Shown in pieces: positions 39,193-50,400 of a stretch of 64,000 bases of DNA. This DNA is from Candidatus Latescibacterota bacterium. GTDB taxonomy: Bacteria > Krumholzibacteriota > Krumholzibacteriia > WVZY01. Every line of letters starts with the position of its first letter. Position 1 is the stretch's first letter. Location of the stretch: contig CAWBQK010000017.1 in NCBI GenBank assembly GCA_963791045.1, forward strand, positions 288,001 through 352,000. The letters are read 5' to 3'. The notes under the pieces are model-generated. The model made no database searches and was not told the origin of the DNA. It saw only the letters and a program-made list of their open reading frames with translations. The translations under genes and the position numbers were made by a program.

Positions 39193-39984
39193 TCAGAATG
39201 CCCCCCTGCCCGTGACAACGACCGAAATCGTCCTGAACATGATCTTGACATCATTTGTGGGGCTCAAGGTCCGAATATACTCCAGATCGTGATCGAGCTT
39301 TCTCTGCATATCCTCAACGTTATTGGTGTAGCCAACGTTGACCTGGGCCAGGCCCGTGAGGCCGGGCTTTACCCTTAACCGATTCGGGAATTTCGGGATC
39401 TTCCTGTCCACCTGTGCGTAGAAATAGTCACGTTCGGGCCGAGGACCGACGATGCTCATATCTCCACGCAACACATTGAAAAACTGTGGGGTCTCGTCGA
39501 TTCGTGTTTTTCTGATCAAACGTCCGATAGCGGTAACGCGAGGATCGTCCCGGGTCGTCCATTTGGGGACACCATTCTCTGCGCCAACCGACATGCTTCG
39601 GAACTTAAACATTGTAAATGGCTTGCCGTGTTTCTGATCTCCCCTGCGATCGTTAACGCGCCGATCGAAACCACCGTGGCCATTGGAGGAACCGCGCCGA
39701 TGATCGAGCCTTCGGTTGACTCCGATACGCTCCTGCGTGAAAAGAACCGGGCCCGGTGAAGTCAGCTTGATCGCAACAGCGGCCGCCGCCATTAAGGGCG
39801 CAAACACGATTAGCCCGGCAACGCTTGCGGAGATATCGAAAGCGCGTTTCCAGGCGTCCATGCCTTGGATTTTCTCCCGGCCACGGCCCTTGCCGTCGAT
39901 GACGCTTAATCGTCCACGCGGTACCCAGCTCGGGAATATTGATGCATCTGATGCTTTGGCAGTTGGGCGATTCAAATAAGGCAC
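39193..39984 (-). CDS. Polyprenyl-phosphate priming sugar transferase (WcaJ/WbaP C-terminal domain type)
   Basis: KRAFDI, PVLFTQERIG, KFRSM, DDPRVT, RIDETPQ, GDMSIVGPRPE, KPGLTGLAQV. Confidence 0.93.
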   Translation of the reverse strand: MPYLNRPTAKASDASIFPSWVPRGRLSVIDGKGRGREKIQGMDAWKRAFDISASVAGLIVFAPLMAAAAVAIKLTSPGPVLFTQERIGVNRRLDHRRGSSNGHGGFDRRVNDRRGDQKHGKPFTMFKFRSMSVGAENGVPKWTTRDDPRVTAIGRLIRKTRIDETPQFFNVLRGDMSIVGPRPERDYFYAQVDRKIPKFPNRLRVKPGLTGLAQVNVGYTNNVEDMQRKLDHDLEYIRTLSPTNDVKIMFRTISVVVTGRGAF

Positions 39985-40061
39985 CCCCCGACCCCTTCGA
40001 TGTGAAGCGTGATATATCTAAATATTTACGTATTTCTGATACGAGTTGCTGTTCCCTGAAT

Positions 40062-40078
40062 TGCAATAACGATACCCA
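40062..40078 (-). promoter_or_regulatory. Putative sigma-54 promoter upstream of the priming transferase
   Basis: Minus strand TGGGTAT-CGTTA-TTGCA keeps GG-N10-GC; TGT-N11-ACA at 40121-40137. Confidence 0.45.
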
Positions 40079-40319
40079 GAGCGGTCGAAAATCATCCAAA
40101 AATTGACAAAAATTCCCCTTTGTAACTCACTTATACATAGTAAGTTCGGCGACGTGTCGGAATTATCTTACGCGACAGGTAGGCACGCAGACCTACACAA
40201 CTTATTGTATGGGGGAATTAACCCGCAGAAAAACGGAGAATACAGCGTAACCTACTGCAATGGCGAGCGTTGCTGGGTTGTGGGCAATAAACCCAATTTT
40301 GGGTGGAATTACACAGAAA

Positions 40320-41633
40320 TCAGCGATTTTCCGCAAGGATACGGAACTGATGACCTTTTTCCTCATACTTTGAAAGAACTGCCTCGGCTCTTTCGATTGA
40401 ATCGTATCGACCGATGAGCACAAGATATTGTTGTCCCTCCGCCTGAACGGTCGCCGGGATCTTGAGCAGGTGCAAAGCTCGAACTTCGGCTTCGGCGCTC
40501 TCCGCTCGCGAGTGCACGCCGGCAATCACAGCGTAGTCCGAAGACGCGTTCGACATCCCTGTCTTTGACGAAGCAGCCGCGCTCGATTGGTAGTCAAGAC
40601 TGGCGGGCGGGGGTGCGGCGCTTTGCGCGTTTGACGCGTCCGAATGGAGCGAAGACGACTGTCCGCCGCCAAAACCAAATCCAACGGAGAACGTGTGCGT
40701 ATTGGAAAAGTATTCTTGGGAAGTGTAGGCGTAGTCAATGGAGAGAGTTCCATAACGGAATCCCATGCCGCCACTTAGAGGCATCTGGCTCTGGTTGGGG
40801 GCGTCGTACATACGGTTGAGCCCCGCGCGGACGATAAAATATTTTTGAAAATTGTAGGCGCCTCCGAAGTCGACGCGTTTGAAGTCCGACCGGGATACCG
40901 TTATCTGGGCGCCGAGATCCAAACGTCCCGGGCCTTTGAAGAACGAGTATCCATAACCGGCAATGTAACGGCTGTCGATGGGATAATCCCTTCCCTCAAA
41001 TGAAATTTTTCCGCCCAGATCCTCCGCAAAAGCCGATATTCTATGCCCACCCCTGTTGTAGTTCATTCCAAGAGAAAACGCGAAACCGTCACCGGTTTCG
41101 AGCGGCAGGTGCTCACGCAGATAGGTTACACCTACACCCAGACCGAGCCCCAAGCTGTCAAACTTGCGACTCAGCGCCGTCGAGATGGCCATCCCATAGT
41201 AGTTCTCGCTGGACACTATTTGGCCCGTCTCATCGAAACCGTTGAGATCTCCCGAATAGAGAAGTCGCGAACCGACCGACCAAACCAACTTTTGATCGTT
41301 GAATGGAATCGCCATGCTCGCTGCGTTCAAGCTCATGTCGTCTAGCCAGTTAGCACGAGAGAGGTACAATTGCCCCCTCATCATTCCGCCGAGGTCCGCA
41401 GGGTTGGAAAACAACATCGATGCATCCGGGTTCATCCCGGCCACGATGTCCGGCGTTCCCATAACAGAGGCGCCAACCGGCACGCGCATGAACGAAGCGC
41501 CGAAAGTGCCGGCAAAATCGTCTGAGGCGTTCGATGTGGTGTGCGTCACCGCGAAAAGGACCAAAAAAAGAATGGCCGCCGTGTGTCGGCTAAAACCGAC
41601 CCGCTTGCGTCCAATCATGCTGCGTACCTCCAC
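40320..41633 (-). CDS. PorV/PorQ-family outer-membrane beta-barrel with C-terminal SPOR domain
   Basis: Signal peptide; GASFMRVPVGA..MG, DASMLFSNPA, IDYAY...THTFSVGF; after a Ser/Ala linker YAVIAG...VLIGRYDSIERAE (SPOR-like). Confidence 0.75.
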   Translation of the reverse strand: MEVRSMIGRKRVGFSRHTAAILFLVLFAVTHTTSNASDDFAGTFGASFMRVPVGASVMGTPDIVAGMNPDASMLFSNPADLGGMMRGQLYLSRANWLDDMSLNAASMAIPFNDQKLVWSVGSRLLYSGDLNGFDETGQIVSSENYYGMAISTALSRKFDSLGLGLGVGVTYLREHLPLETGDGFAFSLGMNYNRGGHRISAFAEDLGGKISFEGRDYPIDSRYIAGYGYSFFKGPGRLDLGAQITVSRSDFKRVDFGGAYNFQKYFIVRAGLNRMYDAPNQSQMPLSGGMGFRYGTLSIDYAYTSQEYFSNTHTFSVGFGFGGGQSSSLHSDASNAQSAAPPPASLDYQSSAAASSKTGMSNASSDYAVIAGVHSRAESAEAEVRALHLLKIPATVQAEGQQYLVLIGRYDSIERAEAVLSKYEEKGHQFRILAENR

Positions 41634-41952
41634 AGGATGCGAATTCTAGAGATCTCTTTTGGGGTTTCAGCGTAGTGAAAGCAAGGCTCAGACCAAACAG
41701 AAGAAAAGTTGGCCGCGCGGCTATGCCATAATACGTTGTTGTGAATGCAATTAGCAGCCCAAGTCGCCATTTCCTGATGCTCCATGACCACGCCGCCGCC
41801 AAACGCACGTATTTTGCCCGTTAGGGCGGCAAAAGACGCACTTTGCCGACGCCTTGATGGTTTTGGCCGGGGCCGATTTATGTGTTTTTCTTGGGACTGC
41901 CGAGCCGATAAGGATGGGGCATCTTTCGGTCGGCGGACGCGAATCCTGTGTT

Positions 41953-43485
41953 TTACCGGACCACTTCCTGGGAGAATACTGAGTCCAGCTGTCCCTGTAT
42001 TACCGTTGCATAACGTGACCGGGGGGAATCGTCAAGACATTTTTTTAGCATACGGACGCCATTTTCCCGGTCATCCACTAAGTTCAAATATACCAGGGCG
42101 CTCTTGAAATACGCAACCGTACGATTTTCTCCCCGCCACGCGTCCCCCTCGGTCTCGAGCGTCCGCGCGCCCTCCATCGGCGCGTCCATCATGATATATG
42201 ATTCCATAAGGAAATCATTGAGCAGGTGCCGGTATCTCACCGACGCGCTGTTCCTGGATATCGCGTCCAGATAGAATTCTCGAACTTTCGAATGTGATCG
42301 CCGCGCCAATTCCGGGTCGCCCTCGCGGATCCTGGCGCGGAGAATTTCAAGCGGCGCCACGAAAGACGCCCGCGAAAAAGGATAGAGCCGGCAAATACGC
42401 CACAGTATGTGCTGCGCTTCCGCCCATTCGCCGCGGTTCTTCAAGTTCATCGCCCGGATAAACATCGCCGACGTTGCTGTCTCGGGCTCGACTTCCCTGT
42501 CGAGTTCGAGTTCGAGCAAAAGCTTCGCTCCTTCCGAGGCACGCCCTGTTTTTATCAAGACGCTTGCCTTGTTGAGTGTCGCGGTGCGTGCGATGCGTGA
42601 CTCGGGATCCTTGGTGATCAAAGAGTCGAAAACTATCATCGCTTCTGCATGACGATTGAGTCCGTGTGCGAGAATTTCGCTCCGAAACAAAAGGATCTCG
42701 TCCGGAAACATTTCAAAACGGCCCGTTTCGAGGACGGCGTCGAGATCCTTGATCGCTTCTTCATACCGTCCCTCGAGCACACGAACATCCGCGCGAGCCA
42801 GACGTGCCTTTTGAGCGACGAGGCTATCCGGCCACGTACGAATAATTCTCGAATACATACGATCGGCAAGCTCGACATAGCCGGAGTCCGCGTCCGACCC
42901 CGAACGGTCGATACTTGTCCGTACCAAAAAAACCGGAATCGCAAGGAGCGTATCGCCGATCGCGACATCGCCGTACCATACGACCCCCTCTTCGATCACA
43001 GATTCGACAATCGAAGCGCACTTGATTTCGAACCTGTCTTTCTCGATCGACTTGTAAATCTTCCGGATGTGGTGGAGGCCGGCGCCGCGATGCTGATTGA
43101 ACATCAGATCGTGTCGGCGAAGGCCTGACCTGAAATAGGTCACCCCCGCGTTGTCCTGAAAGCGTAAGAAGAAGAGCCTGGCGAGAGCCATTTCGCTCGT
43201 CACCATGAGCCGTCGATAATCCATTATTGCCGTCGAACCCCACGACTCGGTCTTGCCGGACTTTACCAGGTCGTTCGCCAAAACCGATTCATAGGCGGTG
43301 ATCGCCGCCTGGACATCTCGGTGGCTGATCGAGAACGCATCGGTCCAAATACGATTCTCGATCATCCGCGCCCGCCAAATGTCCTTCTCGAGCGCGTAAC
43401 GGGCTTGTATCCCGGGATCATTGCTGCAACCCGCCAAAAAGACGAGGACGGCCGCGACAAGCAATATGGATGAACAAAATTTCAT
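41953..43485 (-). CDS. TPR-repeat lipoprotein
   Basis: Lipobox LAG-C; BamD/YfiO-like TPR segments (IIRTWPDS..AQKARLARA, RLYPFSRAS). Confidence 0.75.
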   Translation of the reverse strand: MKFCSSILLVAAVLVFLAGCSNDPGIQARYALEKDIWRARMIENRIWTDAFSISHRDVQAAITAYESVLANDLVKSGKTESWGSTAIMDYRRLMVTSEMALARLFFLRFQDNAGVTYFRSGLRRHDLMFNQHRGAGLHHIRKIYKSIEKDRFEIKCASIVESVIEEGVVWYGDVAIGDTLLAIPVFLVRTSIDRSGSDADSGYVELADRMYSRIIRTWPDSLVAQKARLARADVRVLEGRYEEAIKDLDAVLETGRFEMFPDEILLFRSEILAHGLNRHAEAMIVFDSLITKDPESRIARTATLNKASVLIKTGRASEGAKLLLELELDREVEPETATSAMFIRAMNLKNRGEWAEAQHILWRICRLYPFSRASFVAPLEILRARIREGDPELARRSHSKVREFYLDAISRNSASVRYRHLLNDFLMESYIMMDAPMEGARTLETEGDAWRGENRTVAYFKSALVYLNLVDDRENGVRMLKKCLDDSPRSRYATVIQGQLDSVFSQEVVR

Positions 43486-43486
43486 A

Positions 43487-44383
43487 TTATTGTTTTTGGG
43501 ACATGTCCTTCATGGCGATCCAACTCGTCGCGGCCATCAGAAAAAAATACGCAAACATCTCTGTGAACGTTCCCAGGATCAGGTACACGAGAACCAGGTC
43601 ACCCTGAAGTCTGCTCACGAGCGTTGCTGCCTCACCCGCCAATACCTTGAAAGGCACGGGAATCAGTATCGCCGTCGCTACGACGAGCACGGTGATGTCA
43701 AGATTCTCCCGCGCGAAATCCACGCTCGTCTTCATGGCCAACAAAGCCTTGCCGTGGGCCTGTCGAAGAAAAACCAACGAATAGATGAGAAGGACTTCCA
43801 TCCCGAAGCCTCCCAGCTGCCCGGTCGCCCGCAAAAGCATTTCAAGCCTGGGACGATCGGTCTGTTCCGCCAGCCAGCCAAAAAGAAAAGGTATACCGAG
43901 CACCGCGACCACGAAGACAAACCCTATCAAAAGAATCGGAGGGACAAAGATCGCGATCTCCCCTCCGTATTTAACAGCCCGGTAGCGATGCCCGCGAATG
44001 GCGTCCACGATTAAAAACACCGCCCAACCGAGCATTAAAAAACCCACCACGATCATGACGACAATTTCCATAGAATAGAACACGTCGGGAAGTGTGAGGA
44101 TGTGTTCGGGATAATGCAGGATTGCCTCGCCACCGAGACTCTTGATTATCGGTGTCATAACAGGCGCTATCAGCGGGTGCCAATACCAGAAGACGAGGAG
44201 GAGCGGGATGATCTTCGCCGCAAATATCGCCAAGAAGGGCGCATAGAGGTATCGCCTGCGCATCAAACCCAGCGATGTCGTCCAACAATCGCGGTAACGG
44301 TCCAAAATGGGGTCATTGTGCATCGGGCGTCGAATTCCTCTACTTGAACAGAACCTGGCGATGATACGCGGCAACACGGCCAA
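43487..44383 (-). CDS. Hypothetical polytopic membrane protein
   Basis: About 6 hydrophobic segments; ends 1 nt before the TPR lipoprotein start. Confidence 0.7.
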   Translation of the reverse strand: MAVLPRIIARFCSSRGIRRPMHNDPILDRYRDCWTTSLGLMRRRYLYAPFLAIFAAKIIPLLLVFWYWHPLIAPVMTPIIKSLGGEAILHYPEHILTLPDVFYSMEIVVMIVVGFLMLGWAVFLIVDAIRGHRYRAVKYGGEIAIFVPPILLIGFVFVVAVLGIPFLFGWLAEQTDRPRLEMLLRATGQLGGFGMEVLLIYSLVFLRQAHGKALLAMKTSVDFARENLDITVLVVATAILIPVPFKVLAGEAATLVSRLQGDLVLVYLILGTFTEMFAYFFLMAATSWIAMKDMSQKQ

Positions 44384-44431
44384 GGGACAATTTCAGGATA
44401 CCCAAAGGAAACCGATTTCGGCCTCGATGCC

Positions 44432-44473
44432 AAGAAAAAAATCCCGTGTGCCGAACACACGGGATTTTTCTTT
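44432..44473 (-). terminator. Rho-independent terminator (possibly bidirectional)
   Basis: AAAAATCCCGTGTG-ccgaa-CACACGGGATTTTT directly downstream of the giant gene. Confidence 0.85.
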
Positions 44474-44496
44474 AATTCACTCGTTGGCGGAAACTG

Positions 44497-47400
44497 CTAG
44501 TCCGACTGCACGACAAACCGACCGCTCTCACGGACCGACCCGCCAGTATCCAGAACCCGGACCAGGTACATCGATTTCGCGACACGACGCCCGTGATCGT
44601 TGGAGAAATCCCAGTTCCAGTCCTCTCCGTCTCCGTTTGCGTTTTTGTAGCTTCGCACTTCCGATCCGGATGTGTCGAAGATTTTCACGGTCCAACCGGA
44701 GGGCAAATTCTGGATCTCAAGCGGTCGTGTCGGCTCGTGCGCCCAGTAGCCATTTGGCACGATGGCGACGTCTTCCCCGCCAACTGCCGGGGCAAGCGCT
44801 ACTGTGAACGAGAACTCGACCGACATGGTATTGTTCGCCACATCCGCCGCCACCACCTGTATCGAAACAGTCGAACCGGGGTTGAACCCATCCGTGTTGT
44901 TGTAAACGATCGTCACATCGCCGTTGGCTTCACGCGTGATCGTTGTATCGACCATGCTGGCGCCATCGACAAAGAACTCAATGGAAGCGATTCCGAATTG
45001 ACCTTCGTCACTGAAACTGACCGTTATCGGAGCATCGGCGTCGACATCGGTTGCACCGTCGGAAGGCGTCTGCGCGAGCTTTTCGGGCGGTGTCGTATCG
45101 GTGTCCGAACCGGTTGTGAAATTCCAGGAAAGCGTCGTCTCGTTTGGCGGGTCTGACAGGTCGGAGACGGTGACCTCGACGGTCACTGTCTTGTTCGCTT
45201 CGAAGTCCCCCTCATTGGAGCATACAACGGCGTAATTTCCGGAGTCTCCATTGAAGGATGTCGAATCCGGCGCGGCGCCGTCTATCATGACATTCAGCGA
45301 ATTCTTGTCGACACCGGTCTGCGAATCGGTAATAGCGAAGAATACGCTCGAGTTAACGGGGACATCGCTTGCCCCGTCGGCGGGATTTGCCGCCAGAATT
45401 GTCGGGCCGTCCGAGTCTTCGCCGACAACATAAGCCGCGTACTCCGTGGAGTATCCGCTGTAACCACCCGTCGAGTTGAAAGCACGAACAGCGATGTAGT
45501 ACATCCCGTGCGTCAGGCCGCAGACATCGTATTCCAATTTGCTTCCAACCTCGACCCAGTCATCGTAATCGCTCGCGTCCCCGCCGTCGACCGAGTGTGT
45601 TCCGTAGTAGACGATATAACCGGCGATGTCGGGTTCGGAATTGGCCGCCCATTCGACTTTGACACATCCGGGACTTGTCTCGTCAACCGTCACCGCCGTT
45701 GGCGGGAGCGGGCTCTGAGCGTCGCCGTTGGAAACCTCGGTCGAGACTTCCGCGCTGATCTGTCCTAAAAATCCAGATTCCGTCCAGGCGCGCACCGCAA
45801 AATAGTGGCGGCCGTCGATCAATCCGCAGATCGTCCGGTTTGTGATTGTTCCTACCGTAATCGAATCCGAGTACGCGCCGGCATCTCCCTCGGCCACCGA
45901 TGCCGTGCCGTAGTAGATCTTGTATCCGCCCACGTCTTCCTCTGTGTTGGCGTTCCAGCTGAGACGCGCGCAGCCGTTGTCGGTTCCCTGAGCGGTGAGT
46001 CCCGTGGGAGCCGAAGGTCTTCCGTCCGATGTTGTGAAATTCCAATCGACCCGCGTTCTGTTGGCCGGAGAGGCAAAATCGGAGACTGCGACATCCACGG
46101 TAACCAGCGAGTTCAAGGGGAGGCGTTCGGCGGGCTCGCATACCACCGCAAACGCCGTCGGGTCACCCGTAAAAGTGGTTTTTGCCGGAGGTTCGCCGTT
46201 GATCAGAACATCGACCGTATTGGTGTCCACCCCGGTTTGCGCGTCCGAAACCACGAAAAAGATGGTCGCGGTGGGTCGAACATTGACGGCTCCATCGAGC
46301 GGCCCTCCGACGAGAACCATTGGTCCGGCCGTGTCGAGACCGACGACATCAACGTCCTTCTCCGTCGAAAACCCGCTGTACTGTCCGAGCTGGTTATAGG
46401 CCTTAACGGCGAAGAAATATAATCCTTTTTCCAGACCGCAAATGACACCGCTCGTCGCATCACCCACATCGACGGAATCCACATATTCGCTTTCGCCCCC
46501 GGAAACGGACCAGATGGGTCTGTGATATACGACGAAACCAGCCACATCGGGGTCCGGATGATTGCCCCATGCAACCGTGACGCAACCCGGAGAGGTTTCG
46601 GAGGGCTGAACCTGTTGAGGAGGAATGGGTCCATCCGATTCGATGTTCATCACATCGGTCCAGACCTCAGCGGAAAAACCGCTCAACATTCCGGCGCTGT
46701 TCTTGGCGCGAAGCGCAAAATAGTATCTCCCATCGAGAAGTCCACCGATGGATTGGCCGGTCAAGAGTCCGACATTGATCGAGTCCTGGTAGGCGATTGT
46801 TTGACCCTGGGCAACGGAGGACAATCCAAAATAGATGGTGTAACCAACAATGTTGTTTTCCGGGTTCGCGTTCCATGTCAGCGAAGCCGCACCCGAATCA
46901 TCGCCAAGAGCGACGAGTCCGGTGGGTGAACTCGGTCTCAGACTTCCTGTGGTGAAATACCAATTCTTTGAAATCTGGTTTGGTGAAGCGGCGCGGTCGC
47001 GCGCCGTGACGGACACATTGATAAGACTGTTCGCGGGGAGATCCTGGCTCAGGCGACACACCACGGCATATCTCGATGGGTCACCGTTGAATCCCATGAA
47101 GGATGGAGTGTTTCCGCCAATCGACACGTTAACGCTGTTGGTATCGACGCCGGTGTGCAGGTCCGACAACACGAACAACACCTCTGTGTTTTGCGGTACA
47201 TCCGAGGCTCCCGCGGCGGGGCTCGCCACCAGAAGCGCCGGCGCTTCGGTGTCCGGCCCGGCGACATCAATTAGCTTCTCAGTTGAATAGTCGCTGTAGA
47301 GACCAGCCGTCGTGTAGGCGCGCAAAGCAATAAAGTACACTCCCGCAGAAAGTCCGCAGATATCCCTGCTCGTCGAATTTCCGACGTTGACCGAGTCTGT

Positions 47401-50400
47401 ATATACCGTCGTTTCCCCCTGGGCAACGGAACGCGTACCGTAGTAAATCACGTAGCCGTCGAGATTGGTTTCCGTGTTCGCTTGCCAGGAGACGTCCAGG
47501 CAACCCGGCGTGTCCTCGGAGACCTGTACTTGCTGGGGCGCCAGTGGTCCCTGGAGATCGAGGTTTGACACATCGGCGGATGCCTCCGCCGAAAAACCGC
47601 TGACCATCCCGGATTCACTTTTTGCGCGAACCGCAAAATAATGTCTGCCGTCGGGAAGCCCGCAAATATTCACTGCGTTTGCCAGGCCGGCTGAAATCGA
47701 ATCGGCGTAAACCGATGCCTCTCCGAAGGCCACCGATTCCGTGCCGTAGTAAACAGTGTATCCGCTGATATCGGGTTCCGAATTTGCGTCCCAGGACACA
47801 TGCACGCACCCGTCATTGCCGCCGCTGGCCGCCACACCCATCGTAATCGAAGGCGGCACACCGGTGGTGCTGAAGCTCCACTGATCGGACGCCTGGTTTG
47901 GCGACGACGCGAGGTCCGAGGCCGATACTTCCACGGTGACAGTCGCGTTCGACGGCAATCCGCCGGCCGGTTCGCACACCACCGCATAACTTGAAGGATC
48001 GCCATTGAAACTGATAGATGATGGCTCAACCCCGGCGATCAACACCTCAACCAAATTAGTGTCGACGCCGCTTTGTGAATCTGAAATCACAAGGAAGATG
48101 CTGGCCGTTCTCGGATCAACATCCACGGCCCCCTCGCCCGGACTTCCCACCAGTATCATGGGGGCCGTTAAATCCGGGCCAACGAAGTCGAGACGCTTCT
48201 CGTCCGAATAACCACTGTACTGGCCATACCTGTTTACCGAGCGGACGGCAAAGAACTGTGTGCCCTGGGCGAAACCGCAAACGCGCGTCGATGTTGCCAT
48301 TCCAACTTGTAACGAATCAGTGTAGGCGGATGCGCCTCCCTGTTCGACCGACAATTGCCCATAGTACAATACAAACCCGGAGAGATCGGATTCCATATTC
48401 GATTGCCATGAGGCATCCACACACCCGAGCGTGTTTTCAGCGACCGCGAAAGTCGTCGGCGTCGCAGGTGGCGTCGTGTTTCCAGTGGCAAAACTATATT
48501 CCAAAGAGGATCTGTTGGCCGGCGACGCGAGATCGTCCACCGTCACTTTGACCGTTACAGTGGCGTTTGCGGGGAGTCCGTTCATCGGCGTACACTCGAC
48601 GGTGTATCTCGACGCGTCGCCGCTGAATGTTTTCCACACTGCCTGTTCACCGTTGATGAGAACGCTCACCGCGTCGGAATTTACACCCGCGCGGTCGTCG
48701 GTCACAACAAACGAAATCGTCGGCGTGGCCGGATCCACATTGACAGCGCCGTCGCCCGGAGTTCCCGCCGTGATCACCGGTCCCGTCACATCGGGGCCCA
48801 CCATGACGAGTCTGACTTCCGCGGAGAATTCACTGTACTGCCCGGATGTGTTGACCGCGCGAAGCGCAAAGAATTGCTCGCCCGCGGAGAGATTGCAAAC
48901 ACGTGTGGAAGTCGACACTCCGACCTCAACCGAATCGGCGTAGAACCGAAGCCTCGCCCTGCTCAACCGACTGCGGCCCGTAGTACAACACATACCCGGC
49001 AAGGTCCGCTTCAGCGTTTGCCTGCCATGAGGCATCGGCGCAGCCGAATGTGTTTTCACCGACAGCCAGGGCCGAAGGCGCGTTCGGCGGGGCCGCTACT
49101 CCAGTTGTAAAGCTGTATTCAATAGTAGACCGGTTGGCCGGCGATGCGAGATCGTCCGCCGTTACTTCGACCGTTGCCGTGCCGTTCGCGGGCAGCCCGC
49201 CCGCCGGCGTGCACTCGATCGTGTAGCTGACCGCGTTACCGACAAACTTCATCGCCGTCACCGCTGTGCCGTTGATTTTGACACTGATCGCGTTCGCGTT
49301 CACACCGGTACCGCTGTCGGATATCACAACCGTTATATTCGGAATGCTGGGGTCGACACCGACGGCGCCATTACCGGGGAACCCCGGTTCGATCACCGGG
49401 CCCGTGTTATCGGAACCGGCAAAAACGAGACTTGCCTCGGATGAGAATCCGCTATATTGGCCTGAGGTATTGAAAGCCCGAACCGCGAAGAAGAATTCGC
49501 CCGCGGAAAAATTACAAATACGGGTGGAGCTCGAAGGCCCAATCTCTACCGAATCGGGATAGACCGATGCCGCCCCCTGTTCGACCGACTGCGGCCCGTA
49601 GTAGACCACATAACCGGCAAGATCGGATTCGGTGTTTGACGCCCAGTCGAGATCCGCGCATCCGGGTGTGTTTTCGTCGGCATCGAGGCTTGTCGGTATA
49701 ACCGGGGGTGACGAAGGTTCGTCTTCAAAAGTGGCGGTAACACTCATATCGCGGGTGATTGTGAGCGTGGTGGGGTTGGACGTGCCCGTTTTGTCTCCGG
49801 ACCAGTTGGAAAAACTCCATCCCTGACTGGGGACCGCCTGGAGCGTGACAACGTCTCCGCTAAGATAATTCACCTTATCGGGTGATTTTGAAATGGAGCC
49901 GCTGCCGTTAACGTTTGTCGAAAGGATGAATACCTGTTGCCCTTCGTCTATCTCATACGCGCCGATATCGAAGGGCTCGACGCGCGTATTGCCGAGCATG
50001 TCGGTCAAGGGCGGCCGTTTCCCCGCAAACGAAGACACGCCGGTGTTATGAGCGATACTACCCTCGCGAATCCGGTAGTCCTTGCATCGGCATCGATGAA
50101 CAACTCGACTCATTAAGCTCGCCGACCACTCGAGTTCGAGGTTGTTGCCTATGGTGTTGTTTACGCCATCATCATCGATCGCGTCTTCCGCCCTCAAAGT
50201 GATGCATATATTGTTGAAAATGACGCAGTCTTTGGCGCCAATCGGATTGCCATACAAACTTCCCGGCGTCAGCCAGATCGCCTTTGTCTTCCTCTGGGTA
50301 ATAAAAGTGTTGTTGGCGACGACGTTTCTTACCGAACCAGTGGCGCCGCCGCCCGTTCGCCGTCCGCATCGTTGTCATCAGAGTCAAGCGATAAGACGGC

